39,667 nucleotides of DNA from Candidatus Nealsonbacteria bacterium CG07_land_8_20_14_0_80_39_13 (GTDB lineage Bacteria; Patescibacteriota; Minisyncoccia; Minisyncoccales; GCA-002779355). Shown here piece after piece: positions 16,792-25,940 of the stretch. Within the stretch, counting starts at the first letter, position 1. Each line of letters starts with the position of its first letter. The DNA is taken from NCBI GenBank assembly GCA_002779355.1, contig PEWS01000027.1:1-39667 (forward strand), in the 5' to 3' direction. The translations under genes were made by a program, and so were the position numbers. Under the pieces are notes generated by a model. That model was not told the origin of the DNA and did no database searches. It worked only from the letters and a program-made list of their open reading frames with translations.

Positions 16792-17865
16792 ATGATGTTG
16801 AAGATGCCGTCAAAAAAAATACTTGTTTTATCGGCCGTACATGTTGTTGCGATTATCGTTATCGCCGTAATTTCCATAGGAGGAGCTTATTTGTATTTGG
16901 ACAAAAATAAAAAAATTGACCATCGTGGAGAGACTATGATTTCCGGACAGGAAGCGGCCGGGAAAGCAGTCAGTTTTATTAAAGAAACCTATTTTAAAGT
17001 TGACGGAGTGGATGTCTCCTTAGTTAGTGTTTCCGAAGACGGGGATTTATATAAATTCAAATTTGAAGTAAAACAAGGAGAACAGAAGCAGGAATACGAT
17101 TCTTATGTAAGCAAGGACGGGAAGTTTGTTTTTCCCGAGAGAATTGATTTGGTTGAGGCAACCGCTATGGGCGCCATGGAAGATATTGAAAAGAAGGACA
17201 AGCCGGAAGTTAAACTTTTCGTAATGGCTTATTGTCCTTATGGGTTGCAGGCGCAAAAAGCGCTCTTACCGGTTATGGGTTTATTGAAAGATAAGGCGGA
17301 CATAGGCGTATATTTTGTTGACTACATCATGCATGAAAAAAAAGAAATTGATGAGAACTTGAGGCAGTATTGCATCCAGAAAGATCAAAAAGATAAATAC
17401 ATTAATTATTTGAGCTGTTTTACCACTTCGGCCAGTGGCGACTATAAAGGGTGTCTTTCTAAAGCCGGAATTGATGAAGCGAAAATGAAATCTTGCATTT
17501 CAGAGACTGATTCAGCTTATAAGGTTACCGCAAATTATAACGATAAAAAAACATGGTCAAATGGGCAATTCCCGACATTTAATGTTCAAAAAGATCTTAA
17601 TGATGAATATGAAATTGGCGGTTCTCCGTCCTTAGTTATAAATGACACCGTTATAGTTTCCGACCAGAAATCTTGTCCGCAGAATGGGGCAAAATGCATA
17701 GTTGCTAACATAAGCAGAACCCCTGAAGAATTTAAAAAAGCTGTCTGCGCGACCTTTGCTTCTTCTCCTTCGGAATGTTCGACGACATTATCCGCTGATG
17801 AGGTTGCGCCGGGATTCGGTTCTGCGACAGGAGCAGGATCTTCAAACGGCGACTGCGGCCAATAA
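16792..17865 (+). CDS. Membrane-anchored thioredoxin-fold (DsbA-like) protein with CPYG in place of CxxC
   Basis: N-terminal TM segment. FVMAYCPYGLQAQKAL followed by a Cys-containing helical insert and GSPSLVIND. Confidence 0.5.
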   Translation: MMLKMPSKKILVLSAVHVVAIIVIAVISIGGAYLYLDKNKKIDHRGETMISGQEAAGKAVSFIKETYFKVDGVDVSLVSVSEDGDLYKFKFEVKQGEQKQEYDSYVSKDGKFVFPERIDLVEATAMGAMEDIEKKDKPEVKLFVMAYCPYGLQAQKALLPVMGLLKDKADIGVYFVDYIMHEKKEIDENLRQYCIQKDQKDKYINYLSCFTTSASGDYKGCLSKAGIDEAKMKSCISETDSAYKVTANYNDKKTWSNGQFPTFNVQKDLNDEYEIGGSPSLVINDTVIVSDQKSCPQNGAKCIVANISRTPEEFKKAVCATFASSPSECSTTLSADEVAPGFGSATGAGSSNGDCGQ

Positions 17866-17896
17866 ATAAAAATATAAAAATCTAAAAACATAAAAA

Positions 17897-18133
17897 ATGA
17901 CGACAAAAGTTTATTCAACTCCGATGTGCCCATACTGCGAAACCCTCAAAATGTTCTTAAGGGACAATGGTATTGAATTTGAAGCAATTGATGTTTCTAA
18001 AGATGATAAGGCCAGAGAAGAAATGGTTGAAAAAACAGGGCAAATGGGAGTTCCTGTAATCAGTATTGATGAGCAATTTATAGTCGGGTTTAATAGAGCA
18101 AAAATAGTTGAGCTATTAGGCATTAAAGATTGA
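17897..18133 (+). CDS. Glutaredoxin-like protein (NrdH/YruB type)
   Basis: CPYC active site, GVPVI, and a length of 78 aa. Confidence 0.85.
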   Translation: MTTKVYSTPMCPYCETLKMFLRDNGIEFEAIDVSKDDKAREEMVEKTGQMGVPVISIDEQFIVGFNRAKIVELLGIKD

Positions 18134-18139
18134 TAATCT

Positions 18140-19153
18140 ATGATAAAAATTGCTATTAATGGTTTTGGGAGAATAGGCAGGGCAACAGCTAAAATTATTT
18201 TAGATAATTACCCCGCTCTTGATTTGGCTGTAATTAATGACCTTACTGATAATAAAACATTAGCTCATCTGCTGAAATATGATTCTGTCTATGGTATTTA
18301 TTCTAAGGAAGTGGATTTCTCAAAAGAAGGCATATCTGTCAAGGGAAAAAATGTAAAAATTACAGCCGAGTCAGATCCGGAAAAGCTTCCATGGAAAAAA
18401 GAGAAAATAGATATTGTTTTGGAATGCACGGGCAGATTTATTGATTACGAAGGAGCAAAGAAACATCTGATTGCCGGCGCTAAGAAGGTTATTATTTCCG
18501 CCCCATCAAAATCCCCTGAAATTAATTCTTTTATATTGGGAGTAAACGAAGAAAAATTTGATTCTAAAAAAGATGAAATTGTTGATATGGGTTCCTGCAC
18601 CACTAATTGTTTGGCTCCTATCGCTAAAATTTTAGACGAAGAATTCGGGATTGAAAGAGGTTTTATAACCACTGTTCATAGCTATACCAATGATCAAAGA
18701 ATATTGGATTTGCCTCATGAGGATTTAAGGCGGGCAAGGGCGGCCGGTTTGAATATAATACCGACCACCACCGGAGCGGCCAAAGCAATAGGCAAGGTTT
18801 TGCCTAATTTAAAAGGAAAATTAGACGGAATTGCTTTAAGAGTTCCTACTCCGACCGTTTCAGTTCTGGATTTGATTTGTCAGGTAAAAAAAGGGACCAC
18901 AATTAGCGAGGTTAATGATATTTTTAAGAAATATTCTCAACAAAAAGAACTTAAGGAGATATTGGCAGTCGAAAATATTCCCTTGGTTTCTTCGGATTAT
19001 ATAGGTAATTCATTTTCGTCTATAATCGATTCGGAATTGATGATGGCTAACGAAAATCTTATCAAGGTTGTCGCTTGGTATGATAATGAGTGGGGATATT
19101 CCTGTCGTTTGGCCGGATTTTCCGATTATATAGCGAAGAAATTAAGAAATTAA
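18140..19153 (+). CDS. gap: Glyceraldehyde-3-phosphate dehydrogenase, type I
   Basis: INGFGRIGR, catalytic SCTTNCLAP, WYDNEWGYS. Confidence 0.95.
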   Translation: MIKIAINGFGRIGRATAKIILDNYPALDLAVINDLTDNKTLAHLLKYDSVYGIYSKEVDFSKEGISVKGKNVKITAESDPEKLPWKKEKIDIVLECTGRFIDYEGAKKHLIAGAKKVIISAPSKSPEINSFILGVNEEKFDSKKDEIVDMGSCTTNCLAPIAKILDEEFGIERGFITTVHSYTNDQRILDLPHEDLRRARAAGLNIIPTTTGAAKAIGKVLPNLKGKLDGIALRVPTPTVSVLDLICQVKKGTTISEVNDIFKKYSQQKELKEILAVENIPLVSSDYIGNSFSSIIDSELMMANENLIKVVAWYDNEWGYSCRLAGFSDYIAKKLRN

Positions 19154-19160
19154 AAAAAAT

Positions 19161-20033
19161 ATGTTAAGTAAAGGGAAAGGTTTCACTATAATTGAACTTT
19201 TAGTCGTCATTGCCATCATCGGTTGCTTGTCCAGCATTGTTTTGGTTACCATGTCCGGCCAGAGGGAAAAGGGGAGAATTGCCGGCGCCTTGAAATTTAG
19301 CGATGGACTTATATATGGTCTTGGCGATGGCCTTGTCGGCAACTGGGATTTTAATGGGAATGTTGGCACTCTTGCTCCTCCCACTACTTTCTATGACTCT
19401 TCTGGCTATGGAAATAATTGTTCTATCTCTGGTCTCACGTATCTTACTCGAGAAAATAATGACATTCCTTGCTCTAATTGTAAATTAGGTCAATCATTGA
19501 CTTTTCCTGATCTGAATCCGACAATTGATTGCCGGAGTGGCGTAAGTATGGATATTTCTTCCGCCGTTACAGTTGAAGCGTGGATAAAGTCTACGAGCAA
19601 TACTGGCAGTATCATTGTTAAGGGAAGTGGCACTGCGATAAATTATGGCATGGATATTGGTAACGGCGGAAATAACGGGAAATTGAGATTTTTTGGTTAT
19701 GCGTCGGGGGGGGGGATAAAAGGAATATCTTCTGCAGGCGGTACCAAAATTAATGATGGAAAATGGCACCATATCGCAGGAACTTTTAATGGCGACAAGG
19801 ATTGGGTCATTTATGTTGACGGGAATAGCAATCAAACAAAAACAGAAGTGGCAAAAGTGACATTGGCAGTAACTACACAATCGTTGCAAATAGGAGCAGT
19901 CCAAGGGCTGGCACCATATTTTGTAGGCTCCATTGACGAAGTTAGGATTTATTCAAAATCGCTTACGGCCATGGAAATACAACAGCATTATGCCGAGGGA
20001 GCAGGAAGACATCAATTGGCCGAAGCCAATTGA
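19161..20033 (+). CDS. Type IV pilin-like protein with a LamG (concanavalin-like) domain
   Basis: Prepilin signal KGFTIIELLVVIAIIG. LamG_3-type C-terminus (GKWHHIAGTF, YVDG, IDEVRIYSKSLTAMEIQQHY). Confidence 0.85.
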   Translation: MLSKGKGFTIIELLVVIAIIGCLSSIVLVTMSGQREKGRIAGALKFSDGLIYGLGDGLVGNWDFNGNVGTLAPPTTFYDSSGYGNNCSISGLTYLTRENNDIPCSNCKLGQSLTFPDLNPTIDCRSGVSMDISSAVTVEAWIKSTSNTGSIIVKGSGTAINYGMDIGNGGNNGKLRFFGYASGGGIKGISSAGGTKINDGKWHHIAGTFNGDKDWVIYVDGNSNQTKTEVAKVTLAVTTQSLQIGAVQGLAPYFVGSIDEVRIYSKSLTAMEIQQHYAEGAGRHQLAEAN

Positions 20034-20075
20034 TGCTTCAATTTTCAATTTTCAATTTTTAATTTTTAATTTACA

Positions 20076-22079
20076 ATGATGGTTAAAAAGGAAGATTCAT
20101 TTTATCCGGGCAAGGAGTTTCAAAAAAGGGCTTGGGTAAAAAATAAATCCATTTATAAGGAAGCGGAAAAAAGTCCGATTAAATTTTGGGAGAAATTAGC
20201 CAAAGAACTTTTTTGGTTTAAGAAATGGAAGAAGGCATTTACTCACGACCCGAAGAAATTAAAGTTTCAATGGTTTTCCGGCGGAAAAATTAACATCACC
20301 GCTGATATTTTTGAAAACAATTTTCTCGGCTGGGATTCGGCTGAAAGCGGAATAAAAAACAAGCTGGCTTTGATTTGGGAACCGGAATCAACGGATGAGA
20401 AAGAGAGAAAATTTACCTATCAGGAATTATTTTCAGAAGTTAATCGTTTCGCCAACGCTCTTAAGAAAAGCGGGGTAAAGAAAGGCGATAGGGTGGGAAT
20501 ATACTTGCCGATGATTCCGGAGGCGGTGATTTCTATGCTTGCTTGCGCCAGAATAGGCGCTGTTCATGCTGTTGTTTTTTCCGCTTTTTCCGCAGAATCC
20601 TTAAGGGTTCGGCTTCAAGATACGAAAGCAAAAGTTTTAATTACTGTTGACGGTTATCATAGGAGAGGGAAAGTGGTTGACCTGAAGAAAAATGCTGATG
20701 AGGGAATTAAAGAGACAAGCATAGAAAAAATAATTATTTTCAAAAGAGCGGGGAATCCCGTTGACTGGAAGGATGGCAGGGATTTTTGGGCAAGCGAATT
20801 AACTAAGAATGAGAGCGATTATTGTAAACCGGCTATAATGGACGCTGAGGATTTGATGTTTATTCTTTACACCAGTGGCAGTACCGGCAAGCCAAAGGGT
20901 TGCGAGCATGTTTGTGGCGGTTATGCTGTTCAGTCATATTGGACAGGCAAATGGATATTTGATTTACATGGACCTGCCCGCAATGCTTCCGCCACAACTT
21001 CGCAGATGTTGGCGGATGCAGGCGGGGATGATATTTTTTGGTGCACAGCTGATATCGGCTGGGTGACAGGCCACACCTACGCCGTGTATTCTCCTTTGCT
21101 TAACGGAGCAACCTCTGTTATTTTTGAAGGCGCTCCTGATTGGCCGGGACCGGATAGGTGGGCTCAAATTATTGAGAAATACGGAATTACAGTTTTTTAT
21201 ACTGCGCCTACAGCTATCAGAATGTTTAAAAAGATGGGAGCGGAAATTATTAAAAAATACGGTTTTAAGACATTGCGGGTAATCGGTTCAGTAGGGGAAC
21301 CCATAGATGATACGGCTTGGAATTGGTATTTTGAAGAAGTTGGGAGAGGCAACTGTCCTCTGGTTGATACTTGGTGGCAGACGGAAACAGGGGGAATTTT
21401 GATCAGCTCTCTGCCCGGAGTCGGCCCCTTCAAGCCGTCTTTTACCGGCCGACCTTTTCCCGGATTAAAATTTGATATTTTGGATGACAATGGAAAGCCT
21501 GTTAAAACTGGAAAAGAGGGGAATTTGGTTTTATTCCCGCCCTTTTCCCCTTCGCTGTTGAGGGGAATTTATAAGAATTTTAAAAAATATAAGGAAACTT
21601 ATTGGAGTCAGTATGGAGGTAAAATATATGTTACTTCAGATACTGCTCTTAAAGATAAAAATGGTTTGATCAGAATAGTCGGCAGAGCCGATGACGTGAT
21701 TAAAGTGGCCGGGCATAGGATTACTACCGGTGAAATGGAGGCTGTAATTAATCGCTGTCCAGAAATAGCCGAGTGCGCAGTGATAGGAGTTTTTGATGAA
21801 ATAAAAGGTCAGGTTCCTGTAGTTTTTGCTGATATTAAGGGTGTGGAGAGAGATGTTGAAAAAATTAAGGAAGATATTGTCGTGCAAATACGGAAAGAAA
21901 TAGGGCCAATAGCGCTACCTAAGCAGGTCTACTTGGTTGACGAATTGCCAAAAACCCGTTCAGGCAAAATTATGCGCAGGATTTTGAGAAAATTATTTAC
22001 CGGAGAAGAATTAGGCGATTTATCCACTCTCTCAAATCCGGAAGCAGTAGAAGAAATCAGAAACCAAATAATTAAATAA
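20076..22079 (+). CDS. acs: Acetyl-CoA synthetase (AMP-forming)
   Basis: YTSGSTGKPKG, WCTADIGWVTGH, DTWWQTETGG, PKTRSGKIMRRILRK. Confidence 0.95.
   Translation: MMVKKEDSFYPGKEFQKRAWVKNKSIYKEAEKSPIKFWEKLAKELFWFKKWKKAFTHDPKKLKFQWFSGGKINITADIFENNFLGWDSAESGIKNKLALIWEPESTDEKERKFTYQELFSEVNRFANALKKSGVKKGDRVGIYLPMIPEAVISMLACARIGAVHAVVFSAFSAESLRVRLQDTKAKVLITVDGYHRRGKVVDLKKNADEGIKETSIEKIIIFKRAGNPVDWKDGRDFWASELTKNESDYCKPAIMDAEDLMFILYTSGSTGKPKGCEHVCGGYAVQSYWTGKWIFDLHGPARNASATTSQMLADAGGDDIFWCTADIGWVTGHTYAVYSPLLNGATSVIFEGAPDWPGPDRWAQIIEKYGITVFYTAPTAIRMFKKMGAEIIKKYGFKTLRVIGSVGEPIDDTAWNWYFEEVGRGNCPLVDTWWQTETGGILISSLPGVGPFKPSFTGRPFPGLKFDILDDNGKPVKTGKEGNLVLFPPFSPSLLRGIYKNFKKYKETYWSQYGGKIYVTSDTALKDKNGLIRIVGRADDVIKVAGHRITTGEMEAVINRCPEIAECAVIGVFDEIKGQVPVVFADIKGVERDVEKIKEDIVVQIRKEIGPIALPKQVYLVDELPKTRSGKIMRRILRKLFTGEELGDLSTLSNPEAVEEIRNQIIK
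20973..21027 (+). repeat. GC-rich palindromic element, long variant, in frame in acs
   Basis: CCTGCCCGCAATGCT-TCCGCCA..TGGCGGA-TGCAGGCGGGG. It encodes PARNASATTSQMLADAGG. Confidence 0.8.
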
Positions 22080-22156
22080 GTTATTGTTTATATTACAGAT
22101 ACGCTTCGTATAAAAACGAGTTGTACGCAATGATTTTTTATATTTAACAAAATTAT

Positions 22157-22747
22157 ATGTTTAATTTTTTTAAAAAAGACGATAAAAAACCAAAAAAACT
22201 TTGGCAACAATTTAAAGGCAAGAAAAACACAGAGGATCTTTTAGTCGAAAAAGCAAAAGCTTTAGCTCCTGTTATTATTGGACTTTCGGTCACAGGGTCA
22301 CAAAAACTTAAAAAGTACCACGAACTAAAAAACGTATCAGATGATAAGGTAAAAGAATTATCTTATGAATTGATACCATTTTGTATTCATTGCGCAGATA
22401 GAATAGCATTTCAATATTTTGAACCGGAACAGCGAAAAAAATTTATCATCGCACTTTTTACAGAAATAAGGGGGGATTTATCCAGTGTTTGCGAAAATAA
22501 AAATGATGCTATCCAGATTATGTCTACTTTTACAGATACATATTTTAATAGGCAGGAAGAATATAGTAAATATGAAATGTCTGTCGATAAAGATAATGGA
22601 CATAAAAATGATTTATTTATGGGGTTCAGCATAAAAACCGCACATATGTTAGGCTACGAAATGGATATGAGAATAGTAATGTATATATTTATGACGGTTT
22701 CTTCTTCACTATCTGCCTTTCAGTTGCCAGAGCTTTTTCAAGAATAA
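22157..22747 (+). CDS. Hypothetical protein (196 aa)
   Basis: Long ORF with an A-rich start context. I recognise no motif. Confidence 0.5.
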   Translation: MFNFFKKDDKKPKKLWQQFKGKKNTEDLLVEKAKALAPVIIGLSVTGSQKLKKYHELKNVSDDKVKELSYELIPFCIHCADRIAFQYFEPEQRKKFIIALFTEIRGDLSSVCENKNDAIQIMSTFTDTYFNRQEEYSKYEMSVDKDNGHKNDLFMGFSIKTAHMLGYEMDMRIVMYIFMTVSSSLSAFQLPELFQE

Positions 22748-22968
22748 AAAATTAAACTACTTAAGGTTGATAAGGAATTTGCATTGTACAACAGCGTACA
22801 TGATTTCGCTCCCATTGGTCGCTCACCCATATTTTACTCCGCTACGCTTCGCAAAACATCAGATACACACGTACGTTAAGTGAAATACCCCTTTTTTGCG
22901 TTATCGCCAAATTGTTTTAAAAAATTATAAAATTTCTTTCTCATTAATTAAAAAGTTGCGCTGACTTT

Positions 22969-22991
22969 CATGTTGACGTCTGACGTCAACA
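22969..22991. promoter_or_regulatory. Perfect 11-1-11 palindrome ATGTTGACGTC-T-GACGTCAACAT upstream of hicBA (candidate operator)
   Basis: Direct reading. It is also flanked by TTGCGC / GCGCAA. Confidence 0.6.
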
Positions 22992-23015
22992 TTGCGCAAG
23001 GATATACTAAGAGAA

Positions 23016-23043
23016 TTTGACATAATCTCTCATTTTGATAAAT
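23016..23043 (+). promoter_or_regulatory. Promoter TTGACA-16-TAAAAT (with TGn), 7 nt before the hicB ATG
   Basis: -35 at 23016-23021, -10 at 23038-23043, ATG at 23051. Confidence 0.55.
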
Positions 23044-23050
23044 TTAAGGT

Positions 23051-23308
23051 ATGTTCCAAGATTTTTTGACTTTTTATTTGAATAAAGCCAAATACGAGCT
23101 GATTGAAAACGGCAAGGTTTATTATGGGGAGATTTCCGAACTAAGAGGTGTTTGGGCAACAGGAAAAACTATCGAAGAATGCAGAAAGAATCTTTTAGAA
23201 ATTATTGAAGGATGGGTAATTTTGAGATTGAGAAAAAATTTATCGATTCCAAATTTTAAGATTCCTTACAAGAAAATTTCTTTTAACAGGGTTTATGCCA
23301 AAGCTTAA
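23051..23308 (+). CDS. hicB: HicB-family antitoxin
   Basis: YYGEISELRGVWATGKTIEECRKNLLEIIEGW matches the HicB/UPF0150 pattern. It overlaps the hicA start. Confidence 0.7.
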   Translation: MFQDFLTFYLNKAKYELIENGKVYYGEISELRGVWATGKTIEECRKNLLEIIEGWVILRLRKNLSIPNFKIPYKKISFNRVYAKA

Positions 23309-23516
23309 ACCAATTTCTTGGCGAGAATTAGTAAAATATCTGAAGGGGTTTGGTTTTGAGAGACCATATCAATCGGGGAAACATCCCTATATGGTTAATG
23401 GCGATCTAGTTTTAACCATTTCAAATCCTCACTCTAAGGATATCAGCCAAGATCTTCTTTCTAGAATTTTGAATCAAGCCGGAATCAGCAGAGAAGATTG
23501 GGAAATAAAGAAATAA
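23295..23516 (+). CDS. hicA: HicA-family mRNA interferase toxin
   Basis: ISWRELVKYLKGFGFE....GKHPYM pattern, 73 aa. Confidence 0.75.
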   Translation: MPKLKPISWRELVKYLKGFGFERPYQSGKHPYMVNGDLVLTISNPHSKDISQDLLSRILNQAGISREDWEIKK

Positions 23517-23529
23517 ATTTAAAAGAAAT

Positions 23530-25917
23530 ATGGAAAATCAAAAAGAACAAAAAAATATTTTGTGGTTTAGCGAGATATCTAAAAAAGATGGCGCTTTAGT
23601 CGGTGGGAAGAATGCTTCCTTGGGCGAAATGTTCAATCGGCTGATTGTCAAAAGGATAAGAGTGCCTAACGGCTTTTGTTTGACTTCAAAAGCTTATTGG
23701 TATTATTTGGACTCAAACGGAATTACCGGAAAAATAAAAGAGATTTTGGATAAATTCAATCCTAAGAGCATGGCCAGTTTGAAAAAAACAGGCGCCTCCA
23801 TCCGGGCGTTGATATTGGGCGGTAAATTTCCGAAGGATTTAGAGGATGAAATAATTGAAAGTTATAAAAAATTATCCGGAGAATACGGAGAGAAAAATAT
23901 GATCGTGGCTGTCCGTTCTTCAGCCACAGCCGAAGATTTGAAGGACGCCAGTTTTGCCGGCCAAATGGAATCATATTTAAATATTTCAGGGAAAGAAAGT
24001 CTGTTAAGAGCAATTAAAAATTGTACAGCTTCTTTATTTACTGACAGGGCCATAGCTTATCGCGAGGAAAAAGGCTTTGACCGTTTTAAGATAGCTTTAT
24101 CAGCCGGAGTTTTAAAGATGATAAGATCTGATTTAGCTTCTGCCGGCATAATGTTCACATTGGACACAGAAACAGGATTTAGAAATGTTGTCTCCATAAA
24201 CTCAATCTGGGGAGCGGGAGAGATGATCGTTAAGGGAAAAATAACTCCGGATCAATTTTACGTCTTCAAACCGACCCTTCAGCAGGCTCAAGGCTACAAG
24301 CCAATTATCTCCAGAAATTTAGGAAGAAAAGATAAGAAATATATATTTGCGGAACAGGGATTGAAAGAAGTGAAGGTTTCCAAAGAAGACGAGATGAGAT
24401 TTTCCGTTTCCGATGAGGATATTTTAACTTTGGCCAAATGGGCCATGCTGATAGAAGAGCATTACAATTTCCCTCAAGATATTGAATGGGCTAAGGATGG
24501 GAAAACAGGAGAGCTTTTTATAGTTCAGTCCCGGCCGGAAACAATTCATTCTCTGGAGAAAAAAAATTCTTACGAAGAATATAAAATAAGCCAGATCAAA
24601 GAGCCGATTTTGAACGGCATTGCTATTGGAAGTAAAATAGGGGAAGGAAGGGTTAGGGTAATTTCCGACGTTTCCAAAATAGGAGAATTTAAAAGAGGAG
24701 AGGTTTTGGTTACAAAAATGACTGACCCTGATTGGTGTCCTATCTTTCCTTTGGCATCAGCCATAATTACCGAAGAGGGCGGAGCCACTTGCCATGCCGC
24801 TATTGTCTCCAGGGAGATGGGCATTCCGGCAATGGTTGGAGTAAAGGGCGCCCTTAAAGCTTTGAAAACAGGGCAGACGGTTACGGTTGATTGCACCAGT
24901 AGCCGGGCCGGAAAAATATTTTTAGGGAAAATTCCTTATACGGTTAAAAAATATGACCTTGATAAATTGCCTCAATTGGAAACGAAAATAATGATAAATA
25001 TCGGCTCACCTGATTTGGCGTTTAAATATTCTTCTTTGCCGAACGAGGGCGTGGGATTGGCAAGGGAGGAGTTTATCATCGCTGAAAAAATAAAAATTCA
25101 TCCTTTAGCGCTCTATCATTTTAAAGAATTAAAGGATAAGAAGGCGAAGAAAATTATTGAAGAAATCACGGCTGGATATAAAGATAAGAAAAAATATTTT
25201 ATTGATAAATTAGCTGAAGGCGTTTCTCAAATCGCAGCCGCTTTTTATCCGAAAACAGTCATTGTCAGGTTTTCCGATTTTAAAACCAATGAATATAAAA
25301 ATTTAATCGGCGGAGAAATTTTTGAAAGAACCGATGAATCAAATCCAATGATGGGTTTCAGGGGCGCTTGCCGTTATATAGATAAGAACTATCAGCCGGC
25401 CTTTGAGATGGAATGCCAAGCGATTAAGAAAGCCAGAGAAGAGTTCGGATTGAAAAACATCACAGTGATGGTCCCTTTCTGCCGGACGCTTGAGGAGGGC
25501 AAGGCGGTCGTGGGATTAATTGAGAAGTTCGGCCTTGAAAGAGGGAAAGACGGTTTACAAGTCATTATGATGTGCGAGATTCCTTCCAATGTTATTTTGG
25601 CCGAGGAATTTTTAGAAATTTTTGACGGAATGTCCATCGGCTCCAATGATCTGACTCAATTGACTCTGGGATTGGACAGGGACAATAGCGGACTTGCCCA
25701 TATTGGAGATGAAAGGAATGAAGCGGTAAAAAGAATGATTGAGAGGGTAATTAAGGTCTGTATCTCCAAGAACAAGTATTGCGGGATTTGCGGAGACGCC
25801 CCTTCTTCTTTTCTGGATTTTGCCGATTTTTTAATAGAGAATAAAATTTCCTCCATCTCTCTTTCTCCTGACGCAGTCATCAAAACCATAATTTCTCTCT
25901 CTAAGAAGAATAATTAG
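23530..25917 (+). CDS. ppsA: Phosphoenolpyruvate synthase (pyruvate, water dikinase)
   Basis: N-terminal GGKNASLGEM, phospho-His region GGATCHAAIVSREMGIPA, and a C-terminal PEP-utilising TIM barrel (GSNDLTQL). Confidence 0.92.
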   Translation: MENQKEQKNILWFSEISKKDGALVGGKNASLGEMFNRLIVKRIRVPNGFCLTSKAYWYYLDSNGITGKIKEILDKFNPKSMASLKKTGASIRALILGGKFPKDLEDEIIESYKKLSGEYGEKNMIVAVRSSATAEDLKDASFAGQMESYLNISGKESLLRAIKNCTASLFTDRAIAYREEKGFDRFKIALSAGVLKMIRSDLASAGIMFTLDTETGFRNVVSINSIWGAGEMIVKGKITPDQFYVFKPTLQQAQGYKPIISRNLGRKDKKYIFAEQGLKEVKVSKEDEMRFSVSDEDILTLAKWAMLIEEHYNFPQDIEWAKDGKTGELFIVQSRPETIHSLEKKNSYEEYKISQIKEPILNGIAIGSKIGEGRVRVISDVSKIGEFKRGEVLVTKMTDPDWCPIFPLASAIITEEGGATCHAAIVSREMGIPAMVGVKGALKALKTGQTVTVDCTSSRAGKIFLGKIPYTVKKYDLDKLPQLETKIMINIGSPDLAFKYSSLPNEGVGLAREEFIIAEKIKIHPLALYHFKELKDKKAKKIIEEITAGYKDKKKYFIDKLAEGVSQIAAAFYPKTVIVRFSDFKTNEYKNLIGGEIFERTDESNPMMGFRGACRYIDKNYQPAFEMECQAIKKAREEFGLKNITVMVPFCRTLEEGKAVVGLIEKFGLERGKDGLQVIMMCEIPSNVILAEEFLEIFDGMSIGSNDLTQLTLGLDRDNSGLAHIGDERNEAVKRMIERVIKVCISKNKYCGICGDAPSSFLDFADFLIENKISSISLSPDAVIKTIISLSKKNN

Positions 25918-25940
25918 GGAATTTATGGTAAAATTAAAAT

